A stretch of DNA of 64,000 bases. It comes from Octopus vulgaris. Lineage: Eukaryota. A program made the position numbers and the translations under genes. Shown here one piece after another: positions 13,401 to 28,136 of the stretch. The stretch spans positions 18,724,001 to 18,788,000 of the forward strand of contig OX597821.1 in the NCBI GenBank assembly GCA_951406725.2, given 5' to 3'. Position 1 is the first letter of the stretch; each line of letters opens with the position of its first letter. Below the pieces are notes generated by a model, which made no database searches, had not been told where the DNA came from, and saw only the letters and a list, made by a program, of their open reading frames with translations.

Positions 13401-14729
13401 TGATGTTACTATTGTGTATATGTATATATTTTGGTCTTCATGGTTAATAGGCTGTGGATGCATCGATGGGTTATTTCAATGATAAGTAGTAGTGTTGTTC
13501 AATCCTCGGTCAGCTGCACAAGTTCATGTAACCATCGTTTTGCAATTATCTCTATGTAGAATCTTGTTTATTGCTCGAAGGAGGTTGATAGTGGCTTCTG
13601 AAGACTGTTGTTGCTATTCCAGGTACTGTTGTTGTTGATATTTAGCCGTGATAAAGTAAATCAATCTATGGTCAAATCACGTTCTAGTTATGACCATTCC
13701 GTCTTTTATTCTAGAATAATATACGTCGGACAAACTTTTTCAGCAGTGTGTGGCTCGAGATGAGATTTGGGTGTTATCTCTAAAATGAGAAATTGCTGCC
13801 CAGAAGTGCTAATGACGGGTGGTGAATGGTCTTTGCGACTCTGGTATCCGTTTAGATGGCATTGGTGGGTAGGGCAGTTGGTGCTTCAAGTAAGTAATAA
13901 TTGTAATAATAGCAATGGTAGAGACAGTTACTTTTGTTGGTATTGGTGATGTTGAGGCTGTCAGTACCGGATAGCATTTGCCGGTAGCTGAAAATGCGAC
14001 GGTTCTTCCGTCAGTCTCAACGTTCAGCCTTCTATTCGTTAAATTAACACATAAGTGGTCCCAGTTGCTCATAGGGAGAATCATTCTTAATGTAATTCAC
14101 TTGTAGAATCAACGTGAGATACAGAGTGATAAGGGCGGAGTTTTTAATTACAGGTACAATCTATTCGATGTTTTCATCTAATGAGTTTCACCCACAAGAC
14201 TTGGGTTGACTTGAGACAACGGTATTATGCACTTGCCTAAAAATACTACGCAATGGGAGCTAACCCCAGGACCTCATTATTGCGTTTCATATTTCTAAAT
14301 TGCTCCGCCATTTATATGTGTTTACATATCTTCACAAGATATATGATCAAACTAGGAGCATTCCAGAGGAAAATCAGTCATATTTAATAACCAAGAATTT
14401 ATGTAATACATTTATCTGCTTGATGTTGCTGATAGTAAAAGATGAAACCCGGAATGGTTTAATTAAAAAATTAATGGTCGTTTGTGGGATATTCGTTGTG
14501 TTGACGTTATTCCACGAAGGAATGGTGATATTGGCGTAAATCCACACCCAAATTCTTATTTAATAAAATCCTTGCTAATTTACAGGATAACACCTCTCAG
14601 TGGAACCATTTCAACCATCCATTTGGCGAATATTTGCTATAATTCTTCGTTATTAATGGCCGGGAATAAAATATCATAAAACTGTCTCATTGTGCAATGG
14701 AAGTTGGGGAAAGAGAAGTAGAATGAGTA

Positions 14730-15361
14730 TGAAGCAGAGAAGGAGAGGAAGAGGAAGAGAGTAAGCGTGTTGGAATGTCAGGTGGATATAGTGAATTACA
14801 GGGAAACGAAGGGTAATTTAAAATAATAAAATAGAGATTAATAGCTATTATGGCAGAGAGAGAGAGAGAGAGAGAGGAAGAGAGAGAGGGAGAGAAAGAG
14901 AGAGAGAGAAGGAGAGAGGGAGAGAAGGAAGGAAGGAAGGAAGGAGAGAGAAACATGCACTAAGATGGACAGATAGAATTATATTAAATGGAGAAAAAGA
15001 GAAAATACAGTGATGGAGAGAGTAAAAATTCCGTGAGATAAAAAGAGCACGTAGGTGTGTGTGTGAGAGAGAGATAAAGAGAGAGAGAGAGAGAGAGAAA
15101 AAGAGAAAGAGAGAGAGAGAAAAAAGAGAAAGAAAGAGAGAGAGAGTGAGAGAATGTCAGAATTGAAAGGAGATAAAAAAGTTAAATAAGAAAAAGTGAA
15201 GAAATAGAACTAATGAAACAGTGGTGAGAGATATTAAGAGCAAAGGAAATGCGAAGCGTATGAGAGTTTAGAGAGAAGAAAAGAGGAGGGCGAAGCTGGT
15301 AGCTATATTGAGAGAGAAAGCATGAGAAGAATAAGCTGGAAGAGAGAGAATGAAGAATTAA

Positions 15362-15421
<60 letters not shown>

Positions 15422-15620
15422 AACATAAAGAGGAAAACGGAAAGATAGTGGCAATGAAAAATTGAGAAAGATGAAGAAAGGAGAATACTGAGAGCAAAGG
15501 TGAAAGGAGTTAAGGGAAAGGGAGCGAAAGAGTGATAGAGAGGTTGGGGATAAAACAGAGAGTAAGAGATAAAAAAAAAGAGATGATGAGAGTGTGGGAG
15601 ACAGAAAAAGAGACGTTAAA
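14730..15620. repeat. Purine-rich (AG)n low-complexity region
   Basis: Direct. Confidence 0.85.
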
Positions 15621-15847
15621 TATATAAAGACATCAAACTGTAGACTTACACAGTCTGCCTCTTGATGATAAAATCCCCAATTTAATATTAATATCTAGCA
15701 GAAGCAGGGTAATAAGGATTTAGCGCAAAATATCATGCCATGTTCCTTAATACGTACGTCCATCTATCTGTCTATCCATGCAGCCATACATGCATGCATC
15801 CATCCATATATTCATACATACATACATACATACATACATACATACAT

Positions 15848-15896
<49 letters not shown>

Positions 15897-15900
15897 GATA

Positions 15901-15945
<45 letters not shown>

Positions 15946-16069
15946 ATAACGTATAACGTCCACCAGAACCGAGACATGATTAATTCTCTATATAATTACA
16001 CACCGTCCTTATATATATATATATGTGTGTGTGTGTGTATAATAATACATACATACATACATACATACA

Positions 16070-16103
<34 letters not shown>

Positions 16104-16487
16104 CATACATACATACATACATATATTAAGACGGGGTAGAAAATGCTAAAATAATGTTATCATGAATAACATTTTAGTACCGGTTTCACACTTTGCGACT
16201 TTTTCAACTTAGAGTAAAGCATGAAAAACAATTAAATTGTGGAAAAATTAAGTGAAATGTTTTTAAAAATATTTCCATAGTTTTTAAATGCAAGCAACAT
16301 TTTCCTTTTTTTCTGTCTGTCTGTCTTTCTTTTTTACTTTTCCGAGGGCTTGGTAGCAGGTAGAAGTAGTCCTAATATTTGATATGAATTCTTGGTTTTG
16401 ATTGTTTAAGCAACAGTAGCAGCTGAGAAAGTAGCCGGTGGCGAAGAAAAAGAAAAATGTCGTTCGACATTATTATTTAATTCTCGA

Positions 16488-16880
16488 AGGCGCTGAGCTG
16501 GCGGAATCATTAGCACGCCGGGCAAAATGCTTAGTGGTATTCCGTCTGCCTCTATGTCCTGAGTTCAAATTCCGCCGAGATCGACTTTGCCTTTCATCCT
16601 TTCGGGGTCGATTAAATAAGTACCAGCTACGCACTGAGCTCGGTATAATCCACTTAATCCGTTTGTCTGTTCTTGTTTGTCCTCTCTGTGTTTAGCCCCT
16701 TGTGGGTAGTAAAGAAATAGATATTTCGTTCGTCTTTACATTCTGAGTTCAAATTCCACCAAGGTTGACTTGCCTCACGGGAGCCGATAAAATTAGTACC
16801 AGTTACACACTCGTGTCGATGTAATCGACCAATTCCCTCCCCCAAGATTTCAGGTCTTGTGCTTATAGTAGAAAAGATTA
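16488..16880 (+). mobile_element. SINE family B with internal partial duplication
   Basis: Same structure as 3278-3655. Confidence 0.85.
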
Positions 16881-17518
16881 TTATTTAATTCTCGCTTGAC
16901 ACGCGCCGAAATATATATGTATATGTATGTATGTATATATATATATATATATATAAGAATTTATTCTTCATAAGAATTTATCAAGTAGTTAGCGTGAAAA
17001 ACCTCATAAGAGAAAAGACCATCAATCTTTTCCTTAAATTTATTTATTTATATTATATGTTGATAGTTTTTTTTCACGCTAACTACTTGATAAATTCTTA
17101 TGAAGATTTTATCCTATTTTTAAATTGTAAATTTAACCGGAGTATATTCAATAATGAATTTTTATTCCGATTAAGCACGTTGTTACCGAAATGCAATTCG
17201 AAAAAGCCCGCCATTTACATAGATGTATAAGGGGTAAATATTCCTACATGCTGCGTTGGATACGATAGCTGTTCGTCTGGTATGTTGTTTTTATTTATTC
17301 ATTATATATCTTGAATTATGCTTGCACTGAGAAGTGAAAAGTGCATAAAACTGCACTGATTACGAAATCACAGTGTGACATGCAGCTAAATTCTGTTTTT
17401 AAATGACTTGCTTCGAGAACTGGTTTCCGTACGATGTGTTTGTTTATTTTAGTAGTTTTGACTTTGAGTCCCTCCTAGCGTGTGGCATTTAATGTGTAAT
17501 AATGCACTCTATATATAA

Positions 17519-17577
<59 letters not shown>

Positions 17578-17597
17578 CTACATACATACATACTTAC

Positions 17598-19357
17598 TTA
17601 TCATGTTTGACTTTTGTTTTACATTTGCACAAGCTGGCTCCAAGTCTCACCCAGAGACCTCAAGAGACAACAAGTTGTAAGTTCATGCTGGTCTTATGCC
17701 TAGGCTGCCACTTATTTGGTTTTGTACTTAGTATTGTACTAGTGAATATTTAAAAAAAAACGTACGAAAATTATGTTTGTTTTAAAACTTGAGATTACAT
17801 AGAAAGTATTTTGCATAGGATATGAGCAGTTCCCATGAGCAATATCATTTGAATTTCTGCCATTTTTGGGTTTCTTGGTATCTGAGTTAGGTAGCAATCA
17901 GCCCATTTTGCTTTCATTCCCAGGGCACCTATGACAACAGGTATTGTTTTAGTCTTCAGGTTCCACATTTTGCTGATTTCTATTTCAAGATCTTTATATT
18001 TGCTCAGTTTCTGGTAGGTTTTGACAGATACATTTATATTGATTGGGACAGTCATATCAATGAAGAGGCATGTTTTTTGTCTGAAGTATTTCAATATGAT
18101 GTCTGGCCTATTCGCATCTATCTTTCTGTCAGTTTCAATGGTGAAGTTCCAGAGGAGTGAGACGTGGTCATTTTCAAGCACTGGAGGTGGTTTGTGTTCC
18201 CACCAGTTTTTATCAATGGGGCAAGTCCAGGCTTTTGCAAATTACCCAGTTAATATATTGTGCAGCTCTATCATGCCTGTTGAGATAGTCTGTAGGCGGA
18301 AGAAGACTGCACTTGGAGACAATATGATCAATGGTTTCATTTTGTTGTTGACATACATGACATGTTGGGCTACTGCCGTTCTTTAATATGTTGGCCTGGT
18401 AGTTCCTTGTAGTTAGACATTGATCTTGGGCTGCTATGATAAACCCTTCTCTTTCTGATTTTAAGCCAGAAGCCAGAAGCCATTGATGGGTCAGGACTCT
18501 GTCAACATCGGTATTATTAGTTCTCTTTGGGTATTTGCCATTGAAGGGTTTTCTTGTCATTTATCATTCAGAATATCTAAGGCAGTAGTTTAAGCACGGG
18601 TTTTCATGTGATTAGCTTTTTCTGCGCTTGTTTCTAGTAGTCTAATTCTGGAATTTGTTGTATTCGGAATTAGATATTCCTTTGCTTGTTTTGTTACTGA
18701 GTATCATACTTTCTTGTTTTCATGTTTTGAGACAAGTTTTAACATCCACTTCTCAGAGTTTTTCAGGTAGGCGTCTAGGCCAGTTGTGGCAATCTTCATT
18801 GTTAATGCTAGTTGTAAAAGTCCACAGCCTCCCTATTTTCTTGGCAGATAAAGTTGTTCTATATCTGCCTTAGGGTGGTGCATTCTATGCATTGTCAGCA
18901 GTTTTCGTATTTTTCCGTCGAGATTACATATTTCAGTAATTGACCAGTTAACAATATTGAAACTGCAAGTCACGACTGGTATGGCTAATGCATTGATCGC
19001 TTCGATCCTGTTTCTCGCATTCAGCTCTGTCTTGAGTATTCTCTTATTCTGTGATAATATTCTCTCCTGATCCTTTCCTTCATCACCAAATACCTTATTC
19101 CATCCCCTTCAATTACCCCTAGGTACTTGTAACTCTCCGCTGGGTCTAACTCTTTTATGACATTCTGCTGGTCAAGGTAAACGTTAGATGTTTCTGTCAT
19201 TTTTCCTTTGATAAAGGTAGCTTTTGCACATTTATCGAGGCCAGATTGCATTCTGATGTCATCACTGAATTGTTTAACAATCGCTAGTAAGCCCTTGAGT
19301 GGTTGGTCATTTTTTGCAAAGAGCTTTAAATCATCCATGTAAATGAGATGATTTATA
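17598..19357 (-). mobile_element. R4/Dong-like non-LTR retrotransposon (RT + CCHC + restriction-like endonuclease), 5'-truncated and frameshifted
   Basis: INHLIYMDDLKLFAK and YKYLG (RT); EGFIIAAQDQ...CHVCQQQNETIDHIVSKC (zinc knuckle); NRPDIIL...LFIDMTVP...KLSKYKDL (PD..D RLE); 3' UTR 17598-17794. Confidence 0.9.
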
Positions 19358-20051
<694 letters not shown>

Positions 20052-20451
20052 CAGATATAAGACGTACACATGTATATGCGTGTGATATATATATAATCAC
20101 GTGTAATGCTAAATGTGTCTTTCTTAATCACCTTCAGAATTAGCATTGTTAATGTACTACTGTTACTGCATATTTTAATGCACATTTGAATATTCTTTGA
20201 AAATTAAAGTTCTTTTATATGCATATTGTTATTTGCTCTTTAAATGCTGAGTTTAATTCACAATATAATTTATTAATAGCTGTCATAATTACTTTTAATT
20301 ACATCTATAATTAAATTATCTCACATGACAAAAAATTTCTTCGACAATTTTTAATGCTAGAATTGCCAAGGGAGATATAAAATGTGAATATGCAATCAGA
20401 TTTTTCTAGACACTCTATATTATAATAGTCATTAATTTTTTTTATATCACA

Positions 20452-20848
20452 CTAGCAGTATCGCCCGGCGTTGCTCGGGTTTGTAAGGGAAATAACTATA
20501 TAAGCATTTTTAGAGAGTTATAGCCAAAAAATAGCAAAAAAAAGCATTAAAAATGGAAAAAAAATGATGGTAATTTTTTTTTAAAATCGTTGACTCACCG
20601 TAGACATTTTTAGAGAGTTACTTCCCTTATATAATAGCGAAAAAATGCATTAAAATGGGAAAAAATGATGGTAAATTTTTTTTAAATCGTAGACTCATCG
20701 TAGACGCGCGCTAATACCCAGAAGGGCTCGATATGAATCACGACTATAAGATACCCGCTTTTAGTTAAACTGCACCGCAAAATGTGGGAGTAGTTAGGAA
20801 TCTAAATCGTAGGAGACAGACACACAACTTCACTTTTATATATAAAGA
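20452..20848 (-). mobile_element. Non-autonomous Helitron
   Basis: A|TC...hairpin...CTAG|T on minus strand; near-identical to 37494-37887. Confidence 0.9.
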
Positions 20849-21660
20849 TAATATATATTCTCTTATGTACAATATATACTTGGTGAATGCTTCATTTTCT
20901 CCTTGTGCTTCCTCATTGTCAATGGAATTTCTGACTTTCCGTTCATGACACCTCGGAAGACTGTTCAGTCCTGCTGCTTTGTAACTGTGTGTGTTCAACT
21001 GGTTGGGTCAACATTCGTCATCACTCATCCATCGCCATAGGACTTGCAGTAGATGGAATGACAAATGACAAATAAGGTCACAATAAAGAGATGTAGGATT
21101 ATAGTGTGCGTCATTGGATTAGAGTGATAAACGCTTATACAACGTGAAGACCACTCTCCGAGTCTCCGTGATTAACAACTTGTGATTAGTGCCATGCTCT
21201 TTGAGACTCCGTGATTAATACCTGCGTAATTAGTGCCATGCACAAAGCTCTCCGTCGTTGAGTCGCTTTGCAACTGCTGCCGAACTGAATAATAGTAGAT
21301 TTATACTCAGGTGTCGAATTCTATTCTGTTTGTTCTACCTATACATACACGCATGCATGCATACATACATACATACATACATACATACATACATACATAC
21401 ATACATACATACATACATACACACACATACATACATACATACATACATACATACATACATACATACATACATACATACATACATACATACACGCACTCAC
21501 GCATGCACATACACGCACTCACGCGTGCACATACACATACACTCACACATTCCTACACACACATACACCTAATTGAAAAGAGTTTATTAAAGCGTACGAA
21601 TATCAATTACGTCTTATGCATTTCTTAATTTATATAGTCTGTCTGTCCATCTATCTATCT

Positions 21661-23400
21661 AAGACTGTGACCACCCAACAAATTGACAAAAGCTGCTCGA
21701 ATACAGGGATAAACTATGCAAGTAATTTTCCACCCCTTCCTACTTGCACAATCAAACCAAATACACCGATTTTACCAACTGCAGCCAACAACAACATCAC
21801 CACCAGCAACAACAATAACAAAACAACAACAAATTTCGCCGAGGGGATAAAAGAAAAAAAGACAACAGTACATTTTACTGCACAACAAATAAAAGATACG
21901 AATATTTTAATAACGGAAGTAGATGGTATAGTAAAAATAAACATACCACAAGAAATATTAGAAGATGAAAAAAAAACTATTATATATAAAATAATTAATA
22001 AGAAAACAAAAAGTCCAGAGAAGGCTAACACAAGCAAAATCGAAAAATGCTTGAAACCCATCTGGAACTACAAAGAGTATGTGACCTGGTGGAACAAGTT
22101 TGCACACATCTGAAGAGTTAGCAAGACGTTTCTCAACGCTAACTCTTCATTCAGATGAACTTCAACTAACACCAAGCTATCGTGGACAGAAAGTGACTAA
22201 GATCACTTTAAACAATGTCCCAAAAATAGCTAACAATCTATGGCTAGTAAAGGCCTTATGTGTGAAAATGGAAGATTTCACAATTTTAGAAACTACGGTC
22301 ACGGAGCACAAAAACTGGGTGGAAAAAAAGTAGAATTTCTACTACATATAAACCAAGAGGACATAAAGAAAATACCCACCCAGATATGTGTATCAGAAGA
22401 CCACAAGTTGTATGTGGTCGTCGATGGCAGAAGATCACGTTGCTACATATGCGGCAGTGAGCAACACCTAAAAAAAGATTGCAAAGATGCCGCAAGAAAA
22501 CAACAGCAACAACAACAGCAGCCGGAAAAAACAAAAAAGCCAGCTTTACTACCCACACCACAAATTGTACAAAAAGGACTAATTACAGAAAATAAAAAAA
22601 ACACACCTCACCAACCAAACAACCACACCAACTGCACTAAGAACAGAAGCAACACCAACAACAACAACCAAGAATAAACCAACTCCCAAACCAAGGACAT
22701 CTGTCAAAAAGACACCCATCGAAAATGAAGAAACAATTACTACTCCAAATCCCCACAAAATTGACACCCCAAACAACACAATACCTACAATCACTCAAAC
22801 ACAAAATACCCACACCCCACCTCCAAAACCGCATACACCACAACCTAACGCTCACCAACCAACACCAACAACAAAATCAACACGGTCTACAATAGACCCC
22901 AATATTTTCCCCCTCCCAAGCTCTGATTCTTCTGATTTGTCATTAGACGAAGAAGACACAGAAGATTGGCAAATAGCCACAGGGGGGAGAAGAAAAAGGG
23001 GAAAAAAGAAAAGAAAAGATAACAAACAAAGCAGGAAGATTCACCACTCCCGAAACAAAAACATCCACAGAAAACAAACACATCAACACAAACACACCAT
23101 CATCAAACCCCCCAACAATGTTGACAGCCATAAACACAAACAACCACGACCTAATGGAACACATTAGGTCAAACACCAACATAACTGAAAACGACATAAA
23201 AACAAATAACCACCCACGCACAACACCACCACAATACATTAAAATAATATACGTAACACAGAACACATACAGCACCCTGAAATCTCTTTACCCTGATGCA
23301 GTAGGGAGATTTCAAAAATATTCATCAAAGAAACTATATAAAAACCTCATGGAAGAAGACTGTGAGGTGAAAAACAAAGGACTTTCGGACAACAAGCAAC
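21661..23400 (+). pseudogene. ORF1 (gag-like, CCHC zinc knuckle) of LINE copy A, frameshifted
   Basis: RCYICGSEQHLKKDC; fragments homologous to copy B ORF1. Confidence 0.8.
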
Positions 23401-23467
23401 CTTTTCTCTCTCTCTTTCCTTTTTTGCACTTTCTTTTCGTGTGTAAAACACAATTTTTTATCGGAAC

Positions 23468-26400
23468 ATGCTCAGAATAGGCAGTATAAATGTACGTGGC
23501 TTGGGGTCGCCTTGCAAACAAGGCTACCTGTTAAATGACATCAAGTCACTAAATCTGAATATCATAGCCGTCAGTGAGACAAGACTCCACAGCTTGCGGG
23601 CACTCCAGCACAGTTTCGGTACACATTTCAACATTTATTTTTCTCTGTGTCTACCGAGAATGGGCGGAGGTGGCACCGCGGTGCTTCTCCGGAAGAGTCT
23701 GGATCTCAAAGTAAGAGCAATTTTCCTAGACCCGGAGGGTAGTCTGGTCGTTTTGGATGTCGATGTCAATTAGTGTGCTTTTCGACTGATAACAGTTTAT
23801 GCTCCGTCCTTAACAGGCCGACCAGATTTCTTTCGACGTCTAGAGTCTTTCATGGGAACGTCTCGTCCTTTACTTTTAGTGGGGGATTGAATGCCACCCT
23901 GAACACGCATCTAGACTACGTGTGCAGAGATAGCAATAGAAGGGGATGCAAATGCCTGAAAGACCTGCTCAGACGTTTCCAACTGTCTGACAGGTACCGA
24001 CTGGACCACCCGAATGTGCCAATGTGGACATGGAGTAACCGCATCGGGTCGTCCAGATCATACTTAGATAGAGTATTCTGTAGGACAATAGATAAAAATA
24101 GTGTAGGTTGTCCACAATTTCATATAGTCAGTTACACAGATCACAAGTTTGTGACTTGTACACTTGACTTAGATAAGACACATAGGCAGGGTCCTGGTTA
24201 CTGGAAACTGAACGCGTCTTTTACAGCACGACAGGTTTACAGGGACCGGATCAGCACATTAGTTAAGAGAGCTTTGACGGGTACCATCATCAACAACAGA
24301 TGGTGGTATGACCTAAAAAAAGCAATTAAAGCAGAATCAGTTAGATACAGTAAAGCCCTAGCATTAGACCGAAATTGAATAGAGGGAGAATTAGTTAAGG
24401 GTTTAGAAGAGGCACTTAGAACTGGCATCGCGTCCAACATGCTGGCGGCGAGATTGGCCCTCGACCAACACCGCAACGCCAAACACGAGGGATGTGCTGT
24501 CAGAGCTAGGATGCGTGCTCTGAGGAACGAAGGAGTTGGAGCCGCCCAAGAGGCCCGAGTGGTGGAGACGCAACGAGGCAACAGAGCCACCATCAAGTCT
24601 CTTATAGATGAACAGGGGCGCGAATTGCTCGAGCCTAAAAGGATGTGTGGGGCTTTTCAACAACACTTCACCCAACTGTTTGGGACAAGTGGTGGGTCAG
24701 AACGCAGAGTGGACTTTAGTGCCTACCTACATGCCTTGCCACGACTCTCAGCAAGAGAGGTGGAGTCTTGTGAAAGGCCTATCACAGCTGCGGACGTACA
24801 GGATGCGATGGGGGGCTGCGCGAGAGACAAGTCACCAGGCTTGGATAGTCTGCCCTACGAACTTTATTGCCATATGCCAGACTTGTTTGGAGGCGTCTTG
24901 GCAGCTGTCTACTGCAACTGACAGCAAAACGTGAGTATTCCTGCTTTTGTAAAGCGAGGAGCAGTGGCACTGATTAAGAAAGACCCAAACAAGGGGGACG
25001 TCATAAATAATTTCAGGCCCATCACTCTGCTCAACGCAGATTTGAAAATTTTGGCCAAGGTGTTAGCCGAGAGGTTGGCGCTTGTATCAAGAAACTAATC
25101 GACAAGGCGCAAACATGCGCCGTGCCGGGTAGAAGTATTCATGACAACCTCCATCTGATGCGCTACATCATAGACAGGGTAGTTAAGAATCCTGGTATGG
25201 GTGGGGCGCTGATCAATTTGGATCAATCAAAAGCTTTCGATAGGGTAGACCATCACTACTTGGAGGCTGTCCTTAAAGCGGCTGGTTTCGGTCCAGTTTT
25301 CCGCGGTTGGATCGCTGCCTTATACAGCGGCATCGCGTACATGGTCATCTATCCAGACCTTTTAACATCATGCGTTCGGTTCGTCAGGGATACCCCCTCT
25401 CATCGCTGCTGTATGTATTGACTCTTGAGCCACTACTGCTGAAACTGGCGACGCTGAGGAGCATCCCACGAGAGCTGGGATGCGGGAGGAGCGTGTCTGC
25501 ATACGCGGATGACGTCACCGTCATAGTGTCGCGCAACCAGCACATCGAGCTGGTCGGCGAGACACTAAAAGAATACGAAGCGGTAACGGGAGCAAAAATT
25601 AACCGGGAAAAGTCAGTGGGCTTGCGGCTCGGCACCTGGAGAAGCAGGCCCATGCCGTCCAACAGCGTCTCCATCGTGGGACGCTGGACGGACGGACCGG
25701 TTAAATTTTTCGGGGTCTTGTTCGGTCCGGACCTCCAAATGGAGAAGAACTGGGGCGAGATAACGACTAGGGTGGCTACTCTCACCCAGAAATGGGCTGA
25801 GAGAAAGCTATCCCTAAAAGGTCGAGCGGAGGTGGCGAACGCGTACATCGCATCCGTCATCGAGTATCGTCTGACCGTCGTGCCTTGTCCCGACCCTACC
25901 ATCACCAAACTGGAACGTATACTCTTCCGCTTCTTGTGGAAGGGAAACGTTCCGATGGTTAGGCGATCCATTTGCTGTCAACACCCGCTAAATGGAGGGC
26001 TGGGCATGCCGTGGTTGATGATGCGCAGACATGCGCTGAGACTGCGACATCTCCGGCGCTTCATAGACAACGGTAAACAGGTGTGGTCGCCTTTTGTGCG
26101 GCGCGCTTTCCCGCAGCTCGTCTCCTTGGACGAACTACAGTCATGGATCAAGCAGAGACCGAGGCTAGGCGAATGGCACCGCGAGTGTCGCGTTGCTCTC
26201 AAGCAACTCTGCCGTCCTGGGTCGAACTTGTGCGACTCCATCACAACAAGGGAATTGTATAGAGGATTAGTGGAGGGGAGGTGCGACGACGAACTCGGGC
26301 AGAGTCTGGGCGTCGACGAGGAACACCTGACCCGCCTGTTCAGGACAACTTTCGGGCCGGGACCTATGAACAACCACCAAAGATCCCTGGCCTGGCAGTG

Positions 26401-26886
26401 CTACCGAGAAGCATAACCTGTTCGGGATAAGCTCTACAGACACGGTTCCAGACACACTGGACCGACTTACCCGAGATGCGGTCAGAGCGACGAAACCGTT
26501 CTGCACGCACTCGTGCAATGTCCAACCATTTCAGACCTGTGGGCTTATGCCGAACGGCTGCTGTCACGTGTGTGACGAATCCGCCTATCGGCCGACTCTA
26601 TCGTGAGGATTGCTCCGCCACCTTCCCTCAACCGGGAAGGCAAGGCAGTTTTCATCGTACTGGTGGCCATGGTGAAAGAATGTGTGTGGTGGACCCGAGC
26701 GAAAGGATTAGAGACAAACACTTACCTCTCTGGCCAATCGCTCATCAACTTTTTCAAGTACCACTTGAAAAGAAGGTGAGAATGGAGAGGGAAGTTTTGT
26801 CTCGCGAAAGATTAAAAAAAAGATGAGTGAATGTTGCAAAGATGGTGCGTGCGAGTGACGAAACCATTTTGAGCATGACCCTGTAA
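23468..26886 (+). pseudogene. ORF2 (APE endonuclease, reverse transcriptase, C-terminal Zn motif) of copy A, multiple stops and frameshifts
   Basis: GSINVRGL...SETRL; SYLDRV, YTDHK; GPGYWKLN; KSPGLD; LDQSKAFDRV; SVRQG.PLS; AYADD. Confidence 0.92.
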
Positions 26887-27156
26887 ATCGTAAAAAAGAA
26901 AGAAAGAGAGCATTTTGCTCTCATGTGGTTATTTCCTCCCTGACTGAGGTTCCCGTGGTCTTTTCTGTAGGCTTTTCTTCCCAAGGATGAACTCAATCTT
27001 GTTTTATCAATGTTTTTATCAATGTTTCTGTGATACGATTTCTTTTCCTTTTTTTCCCTCTCGATCCCTTTTGATCGCAATCTTACATTTATTTTCTTTT
27101 TTGCCACCCTCTGTATTCAGCCCTGTGTGGCTAATAAAAGAAAGTTATCTATCTAT

Positions 27157-27446
27157 GATCGTTTTTTTTCCTCTTCCCCCTTTTTTCCCCCTTTTTTCTT
27201 CTTTTTTCATTTCTCTTTTCTTTTGTTCCTTTTCCTTTTCTTTTATTTCCTTTTTTTCTTTTTTCTTTTATTTATTTTTTATTTTTTGTTTTTTTCTTCC
27301 CTTTTACGATCCCTCTTGATCGAAAACCTACGCCACCCCTTTTTTTGTTTCTTTTGTTTTTTGTTTTTTTCATCCCCCAAAAGAAAAGCTCTACCTTGTA
27401 ACTTGTCCCATCTGTGTGCAGCCCAGTGTGGCCAATAAAGAAACTT
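27157..27446 (+). mobile_element. 3'-UTR-only fragment of a related Tx1-like LINE subfamily
   Basis: Ends gcccagtgtggccaataaagaaactt then (ATCT)n; near-identical to 33897-34184. Confidence 0.85.
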
Positions 27447-27830
<384 letters not shown>

Positions 27831-28136
27831 GGACGTGCTGTCACTTCGGCTCCAAATTAATCGTTTATTTTGACTATTTATAGCCCATATTTTGTGTACA
27901 TTTTTGCAAATAAGGTGTGTAAGGCACCCAACTTTCGTTTGAGTGCTTTTCCAAGGGAGGAATTCGCCCCAGGGGCAGTTTCAACCCCATTTCATTTCTG
28001 TAATTTTCTTCTCGACATTAGAAAATGTCGAGAAATTGTATTGTAGAACGCTGGTCGCGTTTTTTTATGGACCAGCATTTTCCTAGTCTGGAAACGCTAG
28101 GAGAAAAAAAAGAACGTACGCACGCAAAGTGCAAAC

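Larger units (their letters stand above)
21661..27146 (+). mobile_element. Tx1/L1-clade LINE copy A, 5'-truncated in ORF1, inactivated
   Basis: ORF1 with CCHC knuckle, ORF2 APE-RT-Zn, 3' UTR ending gccctgtgtggctaataaaagaaagtt; (ATCT)n on both sides. Confidence 0.93.

Noticed and set aside
16165-16215. Hammerhead-like GAAACCGGUA on the minus strand
   Set aside because: Core reads UUGAAAA and stems I and II pair poorly; at best a decayed relic.
20860-21060. Minus-strand coding exon
   Set aside because: All three frames hit stops across the complex stretch; no homology recognised.
21164-21241. CRISPR-like repeat (ctccgtgattaa...ttagtgccatgc twice)
   Set aside because: Only a two-unit local duplication in eukaryotic DNA; no array or cas genes.
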